DNA of 64,000 nucleotides from assembly GCA_000437435.1 (NCBI GenBank), contig FR899629.1, forward strand, positions 171,572 to 235,571, written 5' to 3'. Below are positions 30,936-40,459 of the stretch, in pieces. Within the stretch, counting starts at the first letter, position 1, and each line of letters starts with the position of its first letter. The notes beneath the pieces are model-generated. The model was not told where the DNA came from. It did not search any database and worked only from the letters and a program-made list of their open reading frames with translations. Both the position numbers and the translations under genes were made by a program. The DNA comes from Clostridium sp. CAG:768 (GTDB taxonomy: Bacteria; Cyanobacteriota; Vampirovibrionia; Gastranaerophilales; Gastranaerophilaceae).

Positions 30936-31439
30936 CTATTGTAAAGGAGCTCTCCACAATGAGTCATTAAATTTATTCTGGTTAGCATTAACGTCAACAG
31001 ACAAAGTAACGTTGCTCGGAGTAAATACAAATACTAAATCACCGACTTTTTGAGGTTTGCCGTCAAGAGCGTGAGCAGCACCGCAAACAAAGTCAATTGT
31101 TCTTTGTGATTGTTCTTTATCTAAAAGATGAAGGTTTAAAACGATTGTCTTTCTGTTTCTGAGATGTTGAACAATAGTAGCAGCATCTTCGAAAGAACGC
31201 GGTTCCATAACTTTAACTTCATAACCTTTAAAGTTAGGATGACTTACAACTTTAATATCGTTTGTTCTGTCAACTGAAGGCTGTTGGAATGAATACTCGG
31301 GCTGAAGTGCCAAATTATCCTGAACAGGATAATCTTCATCAACTTCCTGAGCCATTTCATCAAAAATAGTTTCTCTCGGTTCAAATCCTTTTACTAAAAA
31401 ATCTACTACTGATTTAATTTTGTCTGTTACTACTGCCAC
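30936..31439 (-). CDS. sepF: Cell division protein SepF
   Basis: The C-terminal SepF/YlmF domain reads ...TIVLNL..LDKEQSQRTIDFVCGAAHALDG....V.VFTP. Confidence 0.7.
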   Translation of the reverse strand: MAVVTDKIKSVVDFLVKGFEPRETIFDEMAQEVDEDYPVQDNLALQPEYSFQQPSVDRTNDIKVVSHPNFKGYEVKVMEPRSFEDAATIVQHLRNRKTIVLNLHLLDKEQSQRTIDFVCGAAHALDGKPQKVGDLVFVFTPSNVTLSVDVNANQNKFNDSLWRAPLQ

Positions 31440-31458
31440 CGTTTTTCCTCCGTTTATC

Positions 31459-32124
31459 TTACTTTATAAATAATTTTCTACCAATCCTAAGCATTGTCGC
31501 ACCGTGTTTTACTGCGATTTTGTAATCCTGGCTCATCCCCATAGACAATTCTTTTAATTTGTAATTAAATTCTTTTTCAAGTTTCAATTTAATTTGTAAA
31601 ATATCTTCAAATAAATAATTTAATTCTTCATCAGTTGCCCCTAAAGGTGCCATATTCATTAACCCGCAAATTTCAATATTAGGAAGTTCTTTTATTGAAT
31701 TAAAGACCTCAAATATTTCATCTTTAGAAAATCCAAATTTTTGTTCTTCATTCGCATTATTTACTTGAAGAAGAATTTTTTGAACTATCCCAGCATTACA
31801 AGCTTCATCAGATATTACTTTTGCGAGCTTATATGAATCTACAGAGTGAATATAATCAAAATGACCTATAACTTTTTTCACTTTATTTGTTTGAAGATGT
31901 CCGATAAAATGAAATTTTGAATTATTTTTCACATCTGTAGGAAGATTATTTATCTTCTCAATTGCCTCAATTACTCTTGATTCTGCGAAATTCCTTAATC
32001 CTGCATTATATGCATCAATCATTGCACTTTCGTCAAAATACTTTGTAACCGCTATGATATTTGGTGTATAAGGTGCGATTTCTTCCTGTATCCGTAAAAG
32101 ATTTTGTCTAACTGTATTGTCCAT
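31459..32124 (-). CDS. yggS: YggS-family pyridoxal-phosphate homeostasis protein
   Basis: IIAVTKYF, GHLQTNKVK and the overall YggS/YlmE fold. The yggS–sepF pairing is the conserved ylmE–ylmF arrangement. Confidence 0.8.
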   Translation of the reverse strand: MDNTVRQNLLRIQEEIAPYTPNIIAVTKYFDESAMIDAYNAGLRNFAESRVIEAIEKINNLPTDVKNNSKFHFIGHLQTNKVKKVIGHFDYIHSVDSYKLAKVISDEACNAGIVQKILLQVNNANEEQKFGFSKDEIFEVFNSIKELPNIEICGLMNMAPLGATDEELNYLFEDILQIKLKLEKEFNYKLKELSMGMSQDYKIAVKHGATMLRIGRKLFIK

Positions 32125-32449
32125 AAATAATCATCCTACCTCTACAAGAAGTTGAATATATTATTAATTGTACTCTATACATCTAAGGTGGACAACTTTT
32201 TTATTTTAAACCGTTCCTCCGCTTTTAAATTTTCCCCGAAACCATGATGATGACATGTTTTCAGCTAATTTTACATTTCTTCAAGTTTGGTTAATATTTT
32301 GTAATATTGTCTCTTTTAGGGCATGCTTTTTAGTATTTTTACCACACACCTGATGTATATTCATAGAATAAACTACATTTTCACATATTTTATCCTTTAA
32401 ATGCATGAGATTTTTTGATTTTTTTAAAGAAATCTGTATATAATCGATT

Positions 32450-33919
32450 ATGGATATTTTAGAAAAAGAAAAATTTAATAAAGCTTTTAAATTACACTCT
32501 GATGGAATATTAGAGCAAGCAGAAACTGTTTATAACGAAATATTAGGAGAAAACCCTAAGAATGCAGAAGTTTTAAACTTATTAGGAGTTTTAAAATTAT
32601 CACAAAACAAATTAGAAGAAGCTGAAACATTTATTACAAAAGCTTTATCTATAAAAAAGGATACTTACTTCTATGAAAATTTAGCAAAAGTGTATGAAGC
32701 CAAAAAAGATGTTACAAAAGAAATAGAAATTCTTGAAGAAGCTATTAATACACTAACTTGCGGGTTTGAAATATACTTCTTATTAGGACTTGCGTATAAA
32801 AACAATATAGAATACGAAAAAGCTGAAAAAGCATATCTTAAAGCTATAGAAATTAACCCGAAATCAGAAAAAGCTTGTTATAACTTAGCGAGTCTGTATC
32901 TATTTTTAAATAACCCGCAAAAAGCAATAGAATATTTTCAAAAATGTCATGAAATAAACCCTGAAGACAAAGAAGTTTTATATTTCTTATCATTAGGCTA
33001 TTTAAGAATAAAAGATTACCAAACAGGACTAAAATATTTTGAAAACAGACTATGCAGAAATACTGCAATTATATCTCAGCAAGTAACATATCCAAATATC
33101 CTAAAAAAAGCTCCAATATGGCAGGGCGAAGATATTTCTGATAAAACATTATACACATACTATGAAGCCGGATTTGGCGATATGATTATGTTTGCAAGAT
33201 ATTTACCTGAACTGCAAAAAAGATGTAAAAAAATAATTCTAAAACCTCAAAAAGCTTTAGTACAACTATTTAAAGATAATTTCCCTGACGTAGAAATTAT
33301 GAATTTATTTTACGAAGAAGACAAAATCAATTTTGATGTCCATCTTCCTTTTTTTAGCCTTCCATACGTTTTAGGGCTTAATAATGAAGAAGTATTTATG
33401 CATCACGATAAATATTTAAAAGCTGTACCTGAAAAAGTTCAGTATTATAAAGAAAACTTCTTTAACAATGATAAATTTAAAATCGCAATAAAATGGCAAG
33501 GGAACACTTATTACGAAACAGATAGGGTAATAAATGTAGAAGCTTTTGCCCCACTATTTGACCTCACAAATGTAAAAATATATTCAGCTCAGACATTTGA
33601 AGGTTCTGAAGAATTTGAAAAATTATCTTCAAAATACGATATAACTGATTTAGCAAGCAGTTTTAAGAATTTTTCAGACACAGCAGGGGCTTTAGAAAAT
33701 GTTGACCTTGTAATATGTAGTGACACTTCTTTAGCTCACCTTGCAGGAGCCATGGGTAAACCTTGCATTGTACTGTTACCTTACAACTACAACTGGAGAT
33801 GGCACATGGATTTAACTCACTGCGACTGGTATGACAGCGTTAAGTTATTCCGCTTAGGCAAAAAAGAAACTTGGAATGAATTAATGCTGAGAGTAGTTAA
33901 TTCTTTGAATATAAAATAG
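32450..33919 (+). CDS. TPR-repeat protein with C-terminal glycosyltransferase family 9 (heptosyltransferase-like) domain
   Basis: N-terminal TPRs. The C-terminal ...YEAGFGDMIMFARY and ...ICSDTSLAHLAGAMGKPCIVL resemble GT9 donor-binding motifs. Confidence 0.55.
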   Translation: MDILEKEKFNKAFKLHSDGILEQAETVYNEILGENPKNAEVLNLLGVLKLSQNKLEEAETFITKALSIKKDTYFYENLAKVYEAKKDVTKEIEILEEAINTLTCGFEIYFLLGLAYKNNIEYEKAEKAYLKAIEINPKSEKACYNLASLYLFLNNPQKAIEYFQKCHEINPEDKEVLYFLSLGYLRIKDYQTGLKYFENRLCRNTAIISQQVTYPNILKKAPIWQGEDISDKTLYTYYEAGFGDMIMFARYLPELQKRCKKIILKPQKALVQLFKDNFPDVEIMNLFYEEDKINFDVHLPFFSLPYVLGLNNEEVFMHHDKYLKAVPEKVQYYKENFFNNDKFKIAIKWQGNTYYETDRVINVEAFAPLFDLTNVKIYSAQTFEGSEEFEKLSSKYDITDLASSFKNFSDTAGALENVDLVICSDTSLAHLAGAMGKPCIVLLPYNYNWRWHMDLTHCDWYDSVKLFRLGKKETWNELMLRVVNSLNIK

Positions 33920-33930
33920 CAAAAAATATA

Positions 33931-34899
33931 TTGTTCAAACTTAAACTAAACATGAATAATATAACTATTTGTGTATTAAATCATTCTAAAAACATACCAT
34001 TCTTTGGAAACAGCCAGCAGTTTAGAAAAGAATATTCTCAAAAAGTACAAAAAAATCAATTATCAGAAACAAATATTTCAAATCTACAAGGACTCACAAA
34101 GCTATTCTCAAATGAAGGTCTAACCTATAATGATACTTTGAAAGCTGCAAAAAAGAACCCATTTATGTTATTTCATAAACCGGAAACAATGGAATATAAC
34201 ATAAAAGAAATTGTCAAAAGGTTTCAAGGATTTGGGCTTACTAATGAAAAATATTTAAAATGCGCACTAAATCAAAGTGTATTATTCTCAATTTCTCCAA
34301 ACACCGTTGAAAGAAACATAAATGAAACTGTTAAATTTTTTGAAAAAGATGGGCTTTCAACTGAAAAATATCTAAATTGTGCAGAGTTAAATCCTTCTAT
34401 ATTTACGTTAAAACCACAAACAATAAAAAACAAAATATTTCAAATTGCTAAAAAAATAAATATCCCGACAGATGAAATTCTTCATCTCTTTCTAAAACAA
34501 CCATACTTATTTGCTTGCAGTGAAAAAGAAACTATCAAAAAATTCGAAATATTCAAATACATTGAAGAAAACAAGTATTTTGATCAAAAAAAATCACTAC
34601 CAGACTTAGATGAATTTAACAAATCAATTTTAAGAAAAAAATATACGAACTCAACAAATACTTGTTTTATGCAGCTGCTTCGAAACAAAATTTCCAATAA
34701 CCTAAAAAAAGGAACAAAATTACCTCATTTCAATCTTGAAAATAGCTTAAAAAATTTTATTATATTCAATCAAAACAATAAAATTGGATTTACAATACTT
34801 GACGGCAAATATGCTGATGATTTTATTAAATTTGCAGCCAAATTATCAAGATCAGTAATCCATAAAAATATATTCCAAATAACAACTATAGTAAAATAG
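33931..34899 (+). CDS. Hypothetical protein made of at least four tandem ~36-aa helical repeats resembling mTERF motifs
   Basis: Repeats GLT(Y/N).(D/E)KYLK.A..NP..F...P.T.E.NI.E.VK.F. recur at a period of about 37 aa. Confidence 0.4.
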   Translation: MFKLKLNMNNITICVLNHSKNIPFFGNSQQFRKEYSQKVQKNQLSETNISNLQGLTKLFSNEGLTYNDTLKAAKKNPFMLFHKPETMEYNIKEIVKRFQGFGLTNEKYLKCALNQSVLFSISPNTVERNINETVKFFEKDGLSTEKYLNCAELNPSIFTLKPQTIKNKIFQIAKKINIPTDEILHLFLKQPYLFACSEKETIKKFEIFKYIEENKYFDQKKSLPDLDEFNKSILRKKYTNSTNTCFMQLLRNKISNNLKKGTKLPHFNLENSLKNFIIFNQNNKIGFTILDGKYADDFIKFAAKLSRSVIHKNIFQITTIVK

Positions 34900-34900
34900 C

Positions 34901-35776
34901 TTATTTAACTTTTTGGAATATCATTACATATTCGTGCTTAAAGATGAAGAAGCCACCTGCTAGTGCTCTATATCGCCATAAATTAGCAGTTTTACCCTTT
35001 GCACGTTCATTCCCTTGAATATCTTTTACAATGATTCCTTTTAGCCTAAAACCTAAATTCATCATTCTTGCCATACATTCAAAACCTAGAGGCTGTACTT
35101 CGGAATTTTTATAACTGTCACCAATAATTAATGCTGCAAAACGACCTTTTTCAAGCATATCGTAACCATTTTTTGCAACTTTTGCAAACAAATCATAAAA
35201 TTCTTCAGTAGATTCACAGTTAGATAAATCTTCTTTTTTATCAGAAAACTTGATAATATCATCATAAGGCGGATGAAGAATTAAGAATTGAGCTTTTTCT
35301 TCTCTCATAATATCAAGACTTGCCTGAACTTTTTCTTTCGCTTCTTCTGAAGCAGAATCCGCACAAATAATACGAACATCTGTTACTAATTGTTTTGGTG
35401 TAAATTTTTGAGATACACTCTCTGCTAATTCATCTTTTAATTCAACACCAATACATCTTCTGCCCATATTAACAGCTTCAATTCCAGATGTTCCTGAGCC
35501 GAAAAATAAATCTAGTACAACATCATTTTTCTTTGTAAATCTTTCATATAATTGTTGAGCGATTTGAGGAATATAATTTCCATGATATTCGTTTGAATGT
35601 CCACCTTCTCTCAAGCGACTTGGAAATTCCCACAATGTATCAGTTTTTACATGGTCATATGCTTTCCAGTTATTCAAATCAATATCGCTATATTTAGTTG
35701 TTTTGACAGGTTTTACAACCTGCAAATCTGCTTTTTTTGAAGGTTTTAATTTTGTATTAATTCTCGCTCTTACCAA
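34901..35776 (-). CDS. Site-specific DNA methyltransferase (N6-adenine/N4-cytosine class); no restriction enzyme adjacent
   Basis: AdoMet motif I LDLFFGSGTSG and catalytic motif IV HPPY (D/N/S-PP-Y family). Confidence 0.65.
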   Translation of the reverse strand: MVRARINTKLKPSKKADLQVVKPVKTTKYSDIDLNNWKAYDHVKTDTLWEFPSRLREGGHSNEYHGNYIPQIAQQLYERFTKKNDVVLDLFFGSGTSGIEAVNMGRRCIGVELKDELAESVSQKFTPKQLVTDVRIICADSASEEAKEKVQASLDIMREEKAQFLILHPPYDDIIKFSDKKEDLSNCESTEEFYDLFAKVAKNGYDMLEKGRFAALIIGDSYKNSEVQPLGFECMARMMNLGFRLKGIIVKDIQGNERAKGKTANLWRYRALAGGFFIFKHEYVMIFQKVK

Positions 35777-35894
35777 GTCTATATCTCCCTATAAAAAATT
35801 TTCTCTTTATAGCATCTTATAGAAATGTTTCAAATTTGTAATCAAACATTTAGATGAATTTGTGTTTGTTGTAGATTGAAAAATAGATGGAGGT

Positions 35895-36920
35895 ATGATG
35901 TTCGAGGGAGCATTTACACTAAGCGATTTTTATAGAATAGCAGGATTTTTACTTTCAATGTACGCCTGCGTATCAAACGATATTATTCAAACTTTAGGTA
36001 CTTTTTTAAGTGCCAACAAGAAAACCCCTTTTTATTATTTATGGGCATTTTCTGTTATAGTTTTAGTTTTAACAATTGGAATAGGCTGGGTAGTCAATGA
36101 CGGTGATATGTCATTCGGGCTTTTAACAAGAATTCCGGTAACTGAAAATTATACATTTTTATACTTGCTACCACCTATTATTTTAATTCTTTTAACAAGA
36201 TGGGGAATTCCAGTTGCAACAACTTTTTTAGTTCTGAGTGTATTTTCAGTAAGCGATGTATCTGTTATTTGGATGATGCTTACAAAATCTGTACTCGGAT
36301 ATGTCATAGCATTTATTGTAGCAATTATTATTTACAATATCATTGGACGTCCTGTTGAAAGATATTTTTACTATACACAAAAACGCTCTGGGGATACTAA
36401 AATCTCAAAATGGTGGATGGTTGCAAAATGGTGTTCTACAGCATTCATCTGGTCACAATGGTTAATGCAGGATTCTGCAAAATTATTCATTTACCTGCCT
36501 AGAAAAGCGTCCATTTGGGAATTATTATTTGTACTTGTATGTTTCACAATATTCTTAGGAATACTTACATACAAACGAGGCGGTGATATTCAAAAAATCG
36601 TTAAAATGAAAACAAATGTACAAGATCCTCGTTCCGCAACTATTATTGATATTATTTACGCATTTTTATTAATGTATTTTATAAACCTAAACAATGTTCC
36701 AATGTCTACGACTTGGGTATTCATAGGACTTTTAGCAGGTAGAGAAATTGCTCTGTACCAAAGATTAAGATTTGAATCACCTAAAAAAATGTATAAACAC
36801 ATTATCAAAGACTTGTACAAAGTAACATTAGGTTTGATTGTATCAATTGTTGTTGTAGTACTATTAACTCAATTTGATTATGTAAAACATTTCTTTTTCT
36901 CTCACTTCATAGGAGGCTAA
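35895..36920 (+). CDS. Polytopic membrane protein, function unknown
   Basis: At least eight hydrophobic helices. Confidence 0.5.
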   Translation: MMFEGAFTLSDFYRIAGFLLSMYACVSNDIIQTLGTFLSANKKTPFYYLWAFSVIVLVLTIGIGWVVNDGDMSFGLLTRIPVTENYTFLYLLPPIILILLTRWGIPVATTFLVLSVFSVSDVSVIWMMLTKSVLGYVIAFIVAIIIYNIIGRPVERYFYYTQKRSGDTKISKWWMVAKWCSTAFIWSQWLMQDSAKLFIYLPRKASIWELLFVLVCFTIFLGILTYKRGGDIQKIVKMKTNVQDPRSATIIDIIYAFLLMYFINLNNVPMSTTWVFIGLLAGREIALYQRLRFESPKKMYKHIIKDLYKVTLGLIVSIVVVVLLTQFDYVKHFFFSHFIGG

Positions 36921-36921
36921 T

Positions 36922-38706
36922 ATGGCTAGAATTCAACAGTTATCAAAGCATTTAATAAACCAAATTGCAGCGGGAGAAGTAATTGAAAGACCGGCATCTG
37001 TTGTAAAAGAACTTGTAGAAAACTCTGTTGATGCAGGCTCATCTAAAATAAGCATTGAAATTAATAATGATTGTAGAGATATAAGAGTTGCAGATAACGG
37101 CTGCGGAATTCACCCTGATGATATTATGCTTGCTTTCTCAAAACATGCAACAAGCAAAATTACGTCAGATGAAGATTTATTCAATATTCATACTCTCGGA
37201 TTTAGAGGGGAAGCTCTATCAAGTATTATTTCTATTTCAAAATTAACTTGTACCACAAGAACCGCTGATTTTGATACAGGTACAAAAGTTAAATGTGAGA
37301 ATTCTGAAGTAAAGCAAGTTGAGACTGGCTGTGCAGTAGGCACAATTATGGATATAAAAGACCTCTTTTACAATCTTCCTGCACGTTTAAAATTCTTAAA
37401 AAGTTCCAATACTGAATTTTCTTATATTCAAGAACTCGTTCAAGCAATAGCTCTTGCACATCCTGAATGTTCTTTTGAACTTAAAAAGAACGGAAAAACA
37501 ATGCTTAAAACAGCTGGGCAAAATAACCTTTTACAAACAATAAAAGAAGTTTACTCAGCAGATGTAATAGCGAATTTAAAAGAAGTCTTAAAAACTGACA
37601 ATCTTGCAGGCTTAAAAATATCAGGATATGTAAGTACCCCTGATTATACTCGTTCAAGCAAAAAAAGTTATCATATCTACATAAATTCAAGAACGGTTAA
37701 ATGTCCGATTTTCCAAAAAGCAATAGATACAGCTTATAAAAGTCTTATTGCAAACGGGAAATATCCTTTTGTGGTATTGAATTTAGAAATTCCACCATCA
37801 GATGTTGATGTGAATGTCCACCCGACAAAAAAAGAAGTAAGATACAAAAATACAAACCAAATATTCAATTTTATCTACACTTCAATTCAAGCTGGACTTG
37901 CAAATTATGTTGAAAAAAATACAATTAATCCGCAACAATATACTCCAAATGAAAATTTTCAACAAAACAATATTATTGATTTTGTTCAGCCAAAAATGGA
38001 ACAATCTGGAGATATTTTCTTTGATAAGCAAGACGATACAATCTATGTATCTGATAAATTAATGGAGCGAGAAACCAAAGAATTAGAAAAAACTCAAATT
38101 GAACAAACAGAACAAAAACAATTTTTTGTACCAGTTGAAAAGGAGACTGAACCAGAAGAAAATATTGTAGGGCAATACAAAAACACATATATTCTTGTAG
38201 AAAAAGAAGACGGACTTGAAATAGTTGACCAACACATAGCAGAAGAAAGATACATCTATGAAAAATTGATGTCTGAAAAAAATATTGTATCTCAAATGCT
38301 TTTTGTATCAGACGTTGTACCTGTATCAAGTTCTGAAGCAGAACTTATAAAAGAAAACATTGATAAATTTGAAAAATTCGGATATGGAATAGAATTTTTG
38401 AAAGATAATGAACTTATTTTCCGCAAAGTTCCACAAATGATTGCAAAAGTAAATCCTAAAGAAATTTTAGCAGACATTTTAGAAAATATAGACGGAAACA
38501 TTGACAGATTAGAAGAAAAAATTCTAATCACAACCTCTTGCAAAGCATCAGTAAAAGCCGGTCAAAAGCTTTCAACTTGGCAAATGCAAGAAATTATCAA
38601 AAAATGGCGTACAACAAAAATGCCATACACTTGTCCTCATGGTCGTCCAATTGTAAAATTCTTCCCGCATAAAGAAATTGCAGGATTTTTCCAAAGGAAT
38701 TTCTAA
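36922..38706 (+). CDS. mutL: DNA mismatch repair protein MutL
   Basis: GHKL ATPase motifs (ELVENSVDAG, DNGCGI, GFRGEAL) and a C-terminal dimerisation domain. Confidence 0.9.
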   Translation: MARIQQLSKHLINQIAAGEVIERPASVVKELVENSVDAGSSKISIEINNDCRDIRVADNGCGIHPDDIMLAFSKHATSKITSDEDLFNIHTLGFRGEALSSIISISKLTCTTRTADFDTGTKVKCENSEVKQVETGCAVGTIMDIKDLFYNLPARLKFLKSSNTEFSYIQELVQAIALAHPECSFELKKNGKTMLKTAGQNNLLQTIKEVYSADVIANLKEVLKTDNLAGLKISGYVSTPDYTRSSKKSYHIYINSRTVKCPIFQKAIDTAYKSLIANGKYPFVVLNLEIPPSDVDVNVHPTKKEVRYKNTNQIFNFIYTSIQAGLANYVEKNTINPQQYTPNENFQQNNIIDFVQPKMEQSGDIFFDKQDDTIYVSDKLMERETKELEKTQIEQTEQKQFFVPVEKETEPEENIVGQYKNTYILVEKEDGLEIVDQHIAEERYIYEKLMSEKNIVSQMLFVSDVVPVSSSEAELIKENIDKFEKFGYGIEFLKDNELIFRKVPQMIAKVNPKEILADILENIDGNIDRLEEKILITTSCKASVKAGQKLSTWQMQEIIKKWRTTKMPYTCPHGRPIVKFFPHKEIAGFFQRNF

Positions 38707-38735
38707 AAAAGAAGCTCTAATGAGCTTCTTTTTTA
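38705..38735 (+). terminator. Bidirectional terminator between mutL and the DAHP synthase gene
   Basis: AAAAAAGAAGCTC-TAAT-GAGCTTCTTTTTT. Confidence 0.7.
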
Positions 38736-39782
38736 ATCTACATTTACTGATAAACAAGTCTTTTCATAATGTAATCTGTTATTAAACTGATTAATTCGAC
38801 CCATAACTTCCTTAAACATTGGAATAGGCAAACTCTGTTTACCATCTGATAGAGCATTTTCAGGATCATGGTGTACTTCAATCATAATACCATCTGCACC
38901 AACTACAAGTCCTGCTTTCGCCATAGGTTCAATTAAATATCTTTGTCCAGTACCATGACTTGGATCAACAATTATAGGCAAATGAGAATATTTTTTGATA
39001 ACAGGAATTGATGCTATATCCATTACATTACGAGTAAATGCGCTATCAAAGCTTCTTATTCCTCGTTCACATAGTATTACATTTGGATTACCGTTATACA
39101 TAATATGTTCCGCTGCAAGTAAAAATTCTCTAATTGTGCTTGCTAAACCTCTTTTTAAAATAACAGGTTTTCTGCATCTACCTACTGCATGCAATAATTT
39201 AAAGTTTTGAACATTTCTGGCTCCAATTTGCAATACATCAACATATTCGCACATCATATCCAAATCAGAAGCGTCCATTACCTCTGATACTGTCAAAAGA
39301 CCAGTTTCTTCACTTGCTCTTTTTAAATATTTTAATGCTTTTTCGCCATAACCTTGGAAATCATACGGAGAAGTTCTAGGCTTAAACGCGCCACCACGCA
39401 AGAATTCACAACCCATTTCTTTTGCGGCTAAAGCAACTTTAATAAGTCCGTCATAATCTTCTTCTACAGAACATGGACCTACCATTGATACCGGTTTATT
39501 GTCTCCTCCGATTTTTACACCATTTGCAAATTCTATTACCGTATCATCAGCTTTTCTATCTCTTGATGCTAATCTAAAAGGTTCTCTAATTACTTTTACC
39601 TCTTTTACACCATCAAAAGCTGCAACTCTACCTGGAGTAACTGTTGTTTTATCTCCAATTGCATCTATTACAGAATGTACCTGACCTTGATTAAATCTGA
39701 TATCAAAGCCATTATCTTTCAAAAAATCAATTACACGTTGAATTTGAACTTTGGTAGCATTACGCTCCATAATTATAATCAT
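38733..39782 (-). CDS. aroF: 3-deoxy-7-phosphoheptulonate synthase, type I-beta (AroA/KDO8PS family), with N-terminal regulatory domain
   Basis: ...MVGPCSVE...GGAFKPRTSPY.FQG...IGARN.QNF...RG....DPSH core, preceded by a roughly 75-aa ferredoxin-like domain. Confidence 0.85.
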   Translation of the reverse strand: MIIIMERNATKVQIQRVIDFLKDNGFDIRFNQGQVHSVIDAIGDKTTVTPGRVAAFDGVKEVKVIREPFRLASRDRKADDTVIEFANGVKIGGDNKPVSMVGPCSVEEDYDGLIKVALAAKEMGCEFLRGGAFKPRTSPYDFQGYGEKALKYLKRASEETGLLTVSEVMDASDLDMMCEYVDVLQIGARNVQNFKLLHAVGRCRKPVILKRGLASTIREFLLAAEHIMYNGNPNVILCERGIRSFDSAFTRNVMDIASIPVIKKYSHLPIIVDPSHGTGQRYLIEPMAKAGLVVGADGIMIEVHHDPENALSDGKQSLPIPMFKEVMGRINQFNNRLHYEKTCLSVNVD

Positions 39783-39846
39783 AGTTTTCTCCTATTTTTA
39801 ATAATCGGCAAAAATAAGTGTACCACGAACAATTTATCTTAACAAA

Positions 39847-40449
39847 TTATTTTATTTCACTCTTAATCTTTTTTAGCAAACTCTCTGCAGGGAAATAATC
39901 AGGTAGAATCTTTATACAATCCTCTAATGCTTTTTGTGCTTTTTCAATTTGATTATTATTGTAATAAATATAAGCTAACAAATAATGTAGTTCAGGATCA
40001 TGATAAAAATAACTCTTTGCTCTATCTAAAAAAAACATTCCTTGCTCTAAATAACCGTTATTATATAATACACGACCGATAAACTTATGAACTTCAGGAT
40101 TTATGGTAAACATAAAATCAGCATACCTTACAATTTTTTCAACATAATCACCCTTAAAATAGTGAATCAAAATATTCAAATCTATCTCTAAAAAATTTCT
40201 CAACTCAAAATAAGACGGATATTCCCTTACATTTGCCTCAATCATTGAAATCATAAAACAAGCCCAATGAGCTCGAATATCATTATTTTTTATTGCACTA
40301 AACAAATTTTTTGCTTTTTCTAGATTATCAGACAAAAGTTCATAATAAGCATTCTCTAAAATATACCCCTTTTTAACGAAAAATTGCTGACAGTCATAAT
40401 CTAATTCTGTCAACAATTCTTCTTTAGCTTTTTTATAATCTAGAATCAT
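39847..40449 (-). CDS. TPR-like helical repeat protein
   Basis: Weak TPR-like periodicity. Confidence 0.4.
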   Translation of the reverse strand: MILDYKKAKEELLTELDYDCQQFFVKKGYILENAYYELLSDNLEKAKNLFSAIKNNDIRAHWACFMISMIEANVREYPSYFELRNFLEIDLNILIHYFKGDYVEKIVRYADFMFTINPEVHKFIGRVLYNNGYLEQGMFFLDRAKSYFYHDPELHYLLAYIYYNNNQIEKAQKALEDCIKILPDYFPAESLLKKIKSEIK

Positions 40450-40459
40450 AATAAAATTA

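Noticed and set aside
38083-38543. Several minus-strand ORFs (70–118 aa) inside mutL
   Set aside because: They are antisense to a confident mutL coding region.
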